Source: Antechinus flavipes (lineage: Eukaryota). From it: a DNA stretch of 64,000 nt. Numbering within the stretch: the first letter of the stretch is position 1; each line of letters starts with the position of its first letter. Both the position numbers and the translations under genes were made by a program. Below, in pieces: positions 13,101-22,862 of this stretch. The DNA lies in assembly GCF_016432865.1 (NCBI RefSeq), contig NC_067398.1:715666001-715730000 (forward strand). The letters are read 5' to 3'. Under the pieces are notes generated by a model. The model worked only from the letters and a program-made list of their open reading frames with translations. It made no database searches and was not told where the DNA came from.

Positions 13101-13379
13101 AATGGAGGGGGAGCTGTGTACTTAATGACCTGTGCGCAAAAATCCATTTTTCTATTGTATTTGTAGGAATCAACATACATTCTTCCCTCAACCTTTCCTA
13201 GGTCTTTCAGGTATACTTCAACAACACCCCGGACTCCTACATAATATGAAATATTTTTCCTTCGATCAGCTCCTTCGTTTCTCTAACTGCTGTTAGCTAG
13301 GACGGTGTGGAGATTAACAGGAATAAAAGGGATATATATATAACAGGAATGATTATAGAAATCTATGTATATTTGTGTC

Positions 13380-13715
13380 TAGATATGTGTGTATGTGTGA
13401 ATATGTGTGGGTGTATACATGCATGTATACATGTGTGTATATACATGTTGTATAATTTACATCACATATAATATATACATATTATAATATATGAACATAC
13501 ATATTGCACGTGGATATACATGTGTATGATATATTACATATACTATATAAACAATATAATATATACATATAATATATGAAGATACATATTGCACATGTAT
13601 ATACATGTGTATAATATATTACATATAATATATAAACAATATAATACATACATATTATGATATGTGTGAATATATATACATATACATACATACATACTAT
13701 ATATATATATATCCA
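13380..13715. repeat. (TA)/(TG)-rich low-complexity repeat
   Basis: Direct reading. Confidence 0.9.
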
Positions 13716-14010
13716 TGATTAATTATAATCTTCATGGGGAAGGAAGAATAAAAAAAGAAAGGAAAAAATGAGTGCCCAGCGGAAAACAAAAGAAAACCTA
13801 CAAGGAAGCAAAGAAAAGATGGACAATTCTGAACATAATGTATAATATTTATTATATATGCTTTCACAGTGCATTATATACTCTTTCTTGAAAGGGAAAT
13901 TTATTTTTAATCCTCTCATGTTCATGGCAATGTTGTTTTTTTTTTTTCTTTTCCTATTTTGGATTTGTTTAAAATAAATAAATAAGGGGGAAAAAGAAAG
14001 AGGGCAAATA

Positions 14011-14678
14011 TTTTTCTTTTACCTCCAAGTCAGTTGGTTTTATTATTATTCATTATTATTACATTTTATATTAAGATATATTATTAATTATATATTAATA
14101 TATAGCATTAATTATATATTGATAATATATCATATTATAGTGTTATTATATTTATTATTAAGAAAATATTCCATTTTCTTCTCTTTTCAGCTTTTTGATT
14201 TTGTTCTACTGTTTCTTGCTCTCTTATGGAATGATTGTTTTTGTTTGGTCTATTCTATTTTTTAGATTTTATTCTACTACTTTCCTTCTAAATTATTTAT
14301 TCTCCTAATTTTTAATCCAGAGTTTGTTTGTTTTTTTAATCTTTGGCTTCATTTCTTCTAAGTATTCATGGAGTTCTTATGAAAACTCAGTGTTTTTCTT
14401 TTACCTCCAGGTCAGTTGGTTCTTTTACATCAGACATATTGCATTTTCTTCTCTTTTCAGCTTTTTGATTTTGTTCTACTGTTTCTTGCTCTCCCGTGGA
14501 ATGATTGTTTTTTGTTTGGTTTATTCTATTTTTTAGGGTTTTATTCTATTTATTTACTTTCCTTCTAAATTATTTATTCTCCTAATTTTTAATCCAGAGT
14601 TTGTTTGCTTTTTTAATCTTTGGCTTCATTTCTTCTAGGTATTCATGGAGTTCTTGTGGAAAATCAATGTTTTTCTTT
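14011..14678. repeat. Tandem duplication of a ~270-bp T-rich (L1-like) segment
   Basis: cattttcttctcttttcagc at 14172 and 14442; tttttcttttacctcca.gtcagttgg at 14011 and ~14392. Confidence 0.85.
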
Positions 14679-15416
14679 TGATTAAGTCACATCAACAAGC
14701 CTTTATCAAGCGCCCTCCGTGTGCCCTGCGCCGTGCTGAGTGCTGGGGATACAAAAAAGGCAACCTCCGTCTCCCTCTCCAGGGGCTCCCGGTCTAATAA
14801 GATGCAAACGACTGGGCACAGAAGCCCTAGCCAGGCGATGGGGGAAGGGACCGCGATTAAGGGGGAACTGGAAGGCTCCTGTAACGGGTCAGGTTTCAGC
14901 GGGGACCTGAAAGGAGAGAAGCCGGAGGGGAGGAGGGAGGGGATTCCAGGCCTGAGACACTGTCACCGAGAAGACCCCCAAGTGGCTGTTGGGAGATCTC
15001 GTGTGGGCAACAGCAAGGACGCTGCCCCCGACACCAGCTGGGTGACCCTGGGCAGGTCACTTTGCTCTGTGGGCTTCAGTTTCCTCATCTGTGAAATGGG
15101 CAGAAGAAGGAAATGGCCAACTAGTGCACGATCTTTACTAAACCCAAATGGGGTTCGAGGTGAGGCAGAAGGAACCACAAAACCCTGACACGCCGGTCTG
15201 GGGTTATCCGCCCGCCAGCTTTCCTTCAGCTTTGTCCCAGGGCCGAGGCCCGGGCTTACCCTTATCGTGGTGGGATTAGTCTGTGGTGACCAGAAAAGGG
15301 TTATAAAAGTGCATAAAAGATGGGAAGTTGGGGGGTTGCCTGTCAGCTGGGAAGCGGCTGAACAAGTAACAGAATGACGGGTAGAATTGATATCATATAG
15401 TTTGCTCTCTCAAGGG

Positions 15417-15893
15417 NNNNNNNNNNNNNNNNNNNNNNNNNNNNNNNNNNNNNNNNNNNNNNNNNNNNNNNNNNNNNNNNNNNNNNNNNNNNNNNNNNNN
15501 NNNNNNNNNNNNNNNNNNNNNNNNNNNNNNNNNNNNNNNNNNNNNNNNNNNNNNNNNNNNNNNNNNNNNNNNNNNNNNNNNNNNNNNNNNNNNNNNNNNN
15601 NNNNNNNNNNNNNNNNNNNNNNNNNNNNNNNNNNNNNNNNNNNNNNNNNNNNNNNNNNNNNNNNNNNNNNNNNNNNNNNNNNNNNNNNNNNNNNNNNNNN
15701 NNNNNNNNNNNNNNNNNNNNNNNNNNNNNNNNNNNNNNNNNNNNNNNNNNNNNNNNNNNNNNNNNNNNNNNNNNNNNNNNNNNNNNNNNNNNNNNNNNNN
15801 NNNNNNNNNNNNNNNNNNNNNNNNNNNNNNNNNNNNNNNNNNNNNNNNNNNNNNNNNNNNNNNNNNNNNNNNNNNNNNNNNNNNNNNNNNNNN
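15417..15893. other. Assembly gap (N run)
   Basis: 477 N. Confidence 1.
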
Positions 15894-16864
15894 GAAAAAA
15901 TTGAAATTTTAAAGCATCATACATGATTGAGAAACACTGTGAGTAGGGGTGACTGTGAGCGTGACTGTGAGCGTGACTGCTGCCGCTTCCAACGTGAGGA
16001 ACAAGGGCCGCTCAAGGAACCCCGAGGAGCTGGGGATGATGAGGCAGGAAGCTGACCAAGGCCCCCCCAGCTCCCAGCCTAAGGGAGGAGGCTCCCACTG
16101 CAGAATCGCACCCAGGGCGGCCCCTGGCCCAGCCTAACCCTCGGTGCAGGAGAGGGTCCCCACGCGGGCCCTGCCCCCTTTCGGGAAAGCTGCCCCAGCC
16201 CCCTCCCAGGCCTGCCTGGCTCAGAGCGGGCGGGAGTGATGACCAGGGGCCCCCGCCGTGGCCTAGCGCCTGACCCCCACGGGCTTGTGCCCTCTGACCC
16301 CCGGCCGCTGGCTTGCGTGAGCACCCACTTTGGGGAGCCAGGCCCAGGGCAGCAGCTGCCTCCCCAGGGAACGGAGGAGAATTCAGGGGCCGCCCACAGG
16401 GAAGAAAGAACCCGCCAGCTGGGGCCTGGCCCCCGGCCTCCTCCCCGAGGGGATTCAACAACCCAGCTGCTGCCCCAAGAATCCTCCTGCTCCCGGGTTC
16501 CTCCAGGAGGCTGTGAGAGCCCCCATTATTAGCCCATTTTACAGATGAGGAAACCAGACCCTGAGACCTGCCAGACTCCTCCAGCACCAGCTTCTGCGAG
16601 ACTGGGACCCCGGGCTCTTCCTCTCTCTGGGGACTCCCCCAGCTCAGGGACCGGGGAGGGGAACGTGGCCGTCCCAGAACCTGGGTGTGGGGCCCCCTGA
16701 CCCCGACCCCAGCGTCACACCTCCTAAAAAGCGGGGTGTTGGGCTGCCCTGGTCCTGGGCCCTGCACCCGCGAGGCTGGGGAGGGAGGAAGCGGCCAAGG
16801 AGCGCCCAGAGGCAGCTACAGGCTGTCGCCCCCGAGGGAGCCCTGAGGCGCTGAGATCCTGAAC

Positions 16865-17300
16865 TCGGGCTGGGGGGAGAACAGGGGCGGGGAGGGGGCT
16901 TAGAACCCAGACTGAGGGCAGTCTAGAACGGGGGGGGGGGTCTGAGAACAGGGCCTGGGGGGGAGAATGGGGGCGGGGAGGGGGCTTAGAACAGGGCCTG
17001 GGGGGGAGAACGGGGGTGGGGAGGGGGCTTAGAACCCAGACTGAGGGCAGTCTAGAATGGGGGGGGGGTCTGAGAACAGGGCCTGGGGGGGAGAATGGGG
17101 GCGGGGAGGGGGCTTAGAACAGGGCCTGGGGGGGAGAACGGGGGCGGGGAGGGGGCTTAGAACAGGGCCTGGGGGGGAGAATGGGGGCGGGGAGGGGGCT
17201 TAGAACAGGGCCTGGGGGGGAGAATGGGGGCGGGGAGGGGGCTTAGAACCCAGAGCATCAGCGCGGGGACAGTCTAGAACAGGGAGGGCGGCCGTGGGGC
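16865..17300. repeat. G-rich minisatellite (agaacagggcctgggggggagaatgggggcggggagggggctt)
   Basis: Direct reading; multiple G-runs with G-quadruplex potential. Confidence 0.92.
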
Positions 17301-18050
17301 CCGAGAACAGGGAGGTCAGGGCCAGGCCAGAGCCCAGGACGGAGCCTCAGAACCAGCAAGGCCCGGAGCTCCAGATTCCAGGCGGGCGCCCCCTAGAGGC
17401 CCTCCTTCTGCACCCTGGCCCTCCCCTCCCCCGCCGCGCTCACCTGCCGAGGACCGCCCTTCTTCCTCCCCGGCCGCAGCAGGAGCAATGGGGCCAGGCC
17501 GAGCGGTGCGGCCCCCAGGCCCCTAGGGGGCAGAGCAGGGCCAGGCCCCACCCAGGGAGGCCGGCAGCCCAACCACAGCCCGGGAGGCCTCCGGTGCAGC
17601 TCCCTCATTGGCCCGGGCAAGGGGCCTGCCCAGGCCGGGCAGAAAAGCATTTATTAAGCGCTTACTGTGTGCCAGGCCCGGGCTGAGCAGTTTCACAGTT
17701 GTGACCTCACTGGATCCTCACAATGACCCTGGGAGGGGGGCCTGGAGGACCCCCACTCTCCTGGAGGAAGCTGAGGGGGAGCGGCCAGCAGGACTCGCCC
17801 CCCCTTCCCCCCAGCTAACGAGCCGCCCCGGGGGATTGGAACTCAGGCCCTGTTCCCTCCCAAGAGCTGGGCCTTGGTGTCTTACCCAGCGCAGGGAGTC
17901 TCTGTGCCTCAGTTTCCCCAAATGGGAAACGGGGATTAAACCTGCTCTTGGGGCCGACCGAGGAACTGCTGTTATTGTGATAACACCAAAAACGTTTCGT
18001 TTCTACGCAAATTAAACCTAAAACAAGTCAGAGACTCAGAGAATATCACA

Positions 18051-18432
18051 TGGAGGGGCTGAGGACAGGGGGTGTCAGGGCTGGGAGGGGCTGAGGACAG
18101 GGGGTGTCGGGGCTGAGGACAGGGGGTGTCGGGGCTGAGGACAGGGGGTGTCGGGGCTGAGGACAGGGGGTGTCGGGGCTGAGAACAGGGGGTGTCGGGG
18201 CTGAGGACAGGGGGTGTCGGGGCTGGGAGGGGCTGAGGACAGGGGGCGTCGGGGCTGAGAACAGGGGGTGTCGGGGCTGAAGACAGGGGGCGTCGGGCTG
18301 GGAGGGGCTGAGGACAGGGGGTGTCGGGGCTGAGGACAGGGGGTGTCGGGGCTGAGGACAGGGGGTGTCGGGGCTGGGAGGGGCTGAGGACAGGGGGCGT
18401 CAGAGCTGGGAGGGGCTGAGGACAGGGGGCAT
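18051..18432. repeat. 21/31-bp minisatellite (ggggctgaggacagggggtgtc +/- ggggctggga)
   Basis: Direct reading. Confidence 0.95.
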
Positions 18433-19729
18433 CCTTGTCCTCACGCTCCCCCTGCGTGCCTCCCCTGTCCGCTCCCTCGGTTGCCCCGCCCACTGCCGCT
18501 CCCCCGTGTCTCTGCTACCCCCCCAGAACCTCGGCCTTCTTTCGGGAATGTTGCCCATGGCCCGCGGGCCCCCATTGGGACCTTTGTTACTGTTCCTTCC
18601 TGACCCTCAGAGACCCCCTGTGGTGCTTCAGAGACCCTGGAGGAGCCTGCCATGTTCTATTCCATCTCATTTTACCGAGAGGGAAACTGAGGCAGCTCGG
18701 GTCACGTGGCCAGGAAGGGCCTTTCCTCGGCCCCGGAGGAGTCGCCCACCAGGTTGCCCCGCTGGGGGAAGCCGGGAACATCAGCCCTTAGGATCACAAA
18801 CCCAGAGCTGGGAGAGCCCTTAAGGCCGTCATGAAGGAACACCCCCCGCCAACTTCACAGCATGAGAACCTGAGGGCAGCGAGGGCAAGCGGATTCCCCC
18901 AAATCACACAGCGCGAGGTAGCGGAGATACCTTCCCCCTTATATCCCTTCCCCCATTTTGCAGATGGAGAAACTGAGGCTGAGGGAGGGCGAGGGCGGGT
19001 ACCCATTTACTCTGCCCCGATGCCCCTCGGCTCCCCGCCCTCTCCTGGACAGCTCAGCCGCTTTCTGAGCCGGACCTGCCACGGAGGCCCCCGGGCCCTG
19101 GGGACGGGCGGGGGGCTGTCAGCCGGTCCCCGCTCTGTCAGGAAACCGAGGGGGCTTGATTGTGGTGACTCAGTTCTAGAGCAGCTCGGTCCCCTGCAGG
19201 TATGGGCCTGAGAAGATCACCCTGCGCGGTCCAAGCCCGGGCCCGGGAAGTCGGACCACCCCGGCTGCGGCGGGACCCCTAACTGAGGGCCGGACCCGGG
19301 CGGCTCCGAAGCCTCGGCGCCTCATGGGAAAACTGGGCCCACGCCGATCGTCAGCCCGCGCCCATGATCCTTTGCGGGAACAGACACTGCATTCGAGGAG
19401 CGGCCGGGTCATTCTCCCCTCCCGGCTGGAAGCCCCTCGTCTTCCCCCAATCAGAAAATGGAGCGACTCGTGTCCTGCTGCTTCCTTCTCATTAACTCTC
19501 ACTCGGGCTCTGGAGCGGGACGGGACGGGTCCCCCCGAGCCCGGGCAGCGGCTCCTGCTCAGCTGGGCCGTTAAATTACTGAAAGCCGGACCTGGGCCTG
19601 GGCAGAGAGGCCCGAGAGCCTCCCACGGCCGCAGCGGCGAGAGAACGTTGGCCACGGGACACGAGAGTGCGCCTCGATCCCAGGCCGGACGCGGCTCCTT
19701 TTAATGAGGAGACTGGGGCCTTCCGCTAG

Positions 19730-20625
19730 GCCCGGGAGGGAGAGGCCCGAGTGAGGCCCGGGAGGGAGGGAGAGGCCCAAGTGAGGCCCGGGAGGGAGGG
19801 AGAGGCCCGGGAGGGAGAGGCCCAAGTGAGGCTCGGGAGGGAGGGAGAGGCCCGTGTGAGGCCCAGGAGGGAGGGAGAGGCCCGGGAGGGAGGGAGAGGC
19901 CCGGGAGGGAGAGGCCCGAGTGAGGCCCGGGAGGGAGGGAGAGGCCCAAGTGAGGCCCGGGAGGGAGGGAGAGGCCCGGGAGGGAGAGGCCCAAGTGAGG
20001 CTCGGGAGGGAGGGAGAGGCCCGTGTGAGGCCCAGGAGGGAGGGAGAGGCCCGGGAGGGAGAGGCCCAAGTGAGGCCCGGGAGGGAGGGAGAGGCCCGTG
20101 TGAGGCCCAGGAGGGAGGGAGAGGCCCAAGTGAGGCCCAGGAGGGAGAGGCCCATGTGAGGCCCAGGAGGGAGGGAGAGGCCCGAGTGAGGCCCAGGAGG
20201 GAGAGGCCCAAGTGAGGCTCGGGAGGGAGGGAGAGGCCCAGGAGGGAGGGAGAGGCCCGGGAGGGAGGGAGAGGCCCGGGAGGGAGGGAGAGGCCCGGGA
20301 GGGAGGGAGAGGCCCGGGAGGGAGGGAGAGGCCCAGGAGGGAGGGAGAGGCCCGGGAGGGAGGGAGAGGCCCGAGTGAGGCCCGGGAGGGAGGGAGAGGC
20401 CCAGGAGGGAGGGAGAGGCCCGGAGGGAGGGAGAGGCCCAGGAGGGAGGGAGAGGCCCGGGAGGGAGGGAGAGGCCCAGGAGGGAGGGAGAGGCCCGGGA
20501 GGGAGGGAGAGGCCCGGGAGGGAGGGAGAGGCCCAGGAGGGAGGGAGAGGCCCGGGAGGGAGGGAGAGGCCCGAGTGAGGCCCGGGAGGGAGGGAGAGGC
20601 CCGTGTGAGGCCCGGGAGGGAGAGG
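19730..20625. repeat. Purine-rich minisatellite (gggagggagggagaggccc +/- gagtgaggccc)
   Basis: Direct reading; accounts for the PPG/GRG pseudo-ORFs. Confidence 0.97.
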
Positions 20626-22699
20626 CCGCGCAGCCGGGAGAGACCCTTGGAGACCCAACAGGAGCCCAGCGTCAGGTTTCCCCTTTTTGTCGCCTGCTCG
20701 TGCTTTTCCCGATCGATCTGATTTTCCTTGTGCAGCCGATGAATATGGGGATGTTTAAAAGACCTGCACGTTTAAGCCGCCCTCCCTCGTGGGGAGGAGG
20801 AAAGGACCCAAGAGTCTGGAGCCCTCAGTTTTGTGAAGGTGAATTTGTGGATTTGGAAAAACATTTTAAAATTAGCCAGCTTGTGCTTCCTGGGTCATTT
20901 CCTCTTTGACCCCCCACCCCCCGGTCAGCGCCGGGTCCCATTTCCCCCACAGGCCTTTTCTCCGGAGACTGGGAAAGCCCTGGCACTGGCCCGAGGGTTG
21001 GGAGCCCCGAGGTCACATCCAGATTTCCAGGAAAGTTTTCAGGGGAAAGTTTAGAAGTCTGCCAGAGCAGGATGGGGGGGGGGGGGGGGACTTAGAATTA
21101 GGATTAAAGTTTGTGTCTTTTTAAAAATCTTATTTATTTGTTTGGTTAATATTTTCCTCAGTGACGTTTAAAACAATTTTTTTTTACATTTTAGTTCTTG
21201 TGTCTTCTAACGTTTCCCCCGGGCTAGGAAAAAGCCCTGGCTCCCCGCAGGCGGCTCAGACCTGTCCCTTTCCCCTTGGGCGGACTCCCTGTGGCCCAGC
21301 GGCTGAGGAAGGGGCGGCAGGCCCCCCGCGGACTAGCGGCCCTTCCCTCCCGGCTGCAGTTTGTCTCTTGGGACACAAATGGGGACAACGAGCTGAGGCG
21401 CGAAGGCCTGATGGGCCTTATCTGGCTGAATTTTCCAGGGAAATCTGTCCCTCGTTCCAGCTCCCTTCAAAGATGGGCAGTGGGGCCGGCTGGAGATGCA
21501 GCCAGAGCGCGTGGAGCCCCTGGGGAGAGGGGCCGGGGCTGCCGGTTCCCTGGGGCTGCTGGTTCCCTGGGGAGAGGGGCCCAGGGCTGCCGGTTCCCTG
21601 GGGAGAGGGGCCCGGGGCTGTGGGGCTGACTTGCACTCTCAGCCCTGGGCGATGGAGGAGGAGGAAGGATCCCCCGCCTGCGAGCAGCCCCGCAGGCTCC
21701 AGGGCCCCCAGAAGCCCCCCCTCTCCCCCCTCCTCACCTCCGACCACCCGTCCCAGGCCCCCCCGAATCGGCCCCTCCCAGAGCCACCCTGGGGCGGGGC
21801 CCGGAGCCCTCTGCCCTCGCAGGAGGGGACTCGTGCCCCCGCGGCCTCCTACCTTGCCCGGCCGGGATGGAGCGTGGACAATGGGGATGCCCGGCTGCAG
21901 CCCTCACCTGGCGGCTCCGAAGGGAAGGGAGCCAATGGCACCCGGCCGGGCCGGCTCCCAGCATGGATGAATATTCATGAGCTCCCCCGAGCCTCTGCCC
22001 CCCTTCCCTGCCCGGATGGGCGACCCCGGCCCCAGCTTCTCCCCGCCCCTCCCCCCTCCGAGTCCCGGGACGCCCTCGAGCCAAGGGCACCTTGGCTGTG
22101 ACAGCGGGGGAGGGCACGGGGGGGGCAGATAAATGTGTGAATGTGTGTGTGAGACTAGGCTGTGTGTATGTGTGCGTTGTGTATATAACATGTGTGTGGG
22201 GTGTGTATGTGCCTGTGCGCGTGTGGGAGAGTGTTGTGTCTGTGGGGGGGGGAAGGCCCCACCCGGAGCCCCAGCCCCCCCCCCAGCAGCTCCCAGAGGC
22301 CGGCCCAAGGACACTGCGGGGACGGGGAGACAGGAGCCGCCGCCAGGGAGTCCTTGAGCTGCGACCGCGTCCCTCTCACCGCCCGGTTTTAGGTAACGCG
22401 GCAGCTCCGAGAAGCCGAGAGACCCGAGGGAGGCCTCTGCCTCCCCCCCACCCTCACTCCCCCCCCTCCGGTCACTCCGGCCTCCCAGCATCCTCTAAGC
22501 TCCGAGAGACCGCGGCCTCGCCGTCCCTCCCCTGCCCAGAAACCCTCCATGGCACACAGCAGGTGCTTAATAAATGCCGGCGGTTCCACTGGCTGACTGC
22601 TTAGGAAGGCAGAAGCAGAGGGGCCCGGGGGGGGGGTTCCCGGAGAGGGAGTGAGCGGCGGTCAAATGCAAGTCCTCCGACTGGACATCGGGCCTTGTC

Positions 22700-22862
22700 C
22701 CAGCCCGACACCCCCCATTCTCGGCCCCCCAGCCCGATGCCCCCCGTTCTCAGCCCCCCCAGCCCGATGCCCCCCGTTCTCGGCCCCCCAGCCCCGACGC
22801 CCCCCGTTCTCGGCCCCCCAGCCCCGACGCCCCCCGTTCTCGGCCCCCCAGCTCAGAATTCT
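22700..22862. repeat. C-rich 30-bp tandem repeat (cagcccgatgccccccgttctcggcccccc)
   Basis: Direct reading; reverse complement resembles the 18051-18432 and 16865-17300 arrays. Confidence 0.9.

Noticed and set aside
15343-15926. ORFs containing X runs (also 57737-58354)
   Set aside because: Artefacts of assembly gaps.
19571-20721. Long Pro/Gly/Arg-rich ORFs (up to 310 aa) on both strands
   Set aside because: These are translations of the GGGA minisatellite, which lacks stop codons by composition; no splice or homology support.
19197-20840. Possible antisense (plus-strand) spliced transcript: donor CAG|GTATGG at 19199 and exon 20736-20838
   Set aside because: Splice-like motifs of this quality occur by chance; there is no ORF or other support without RNA data.
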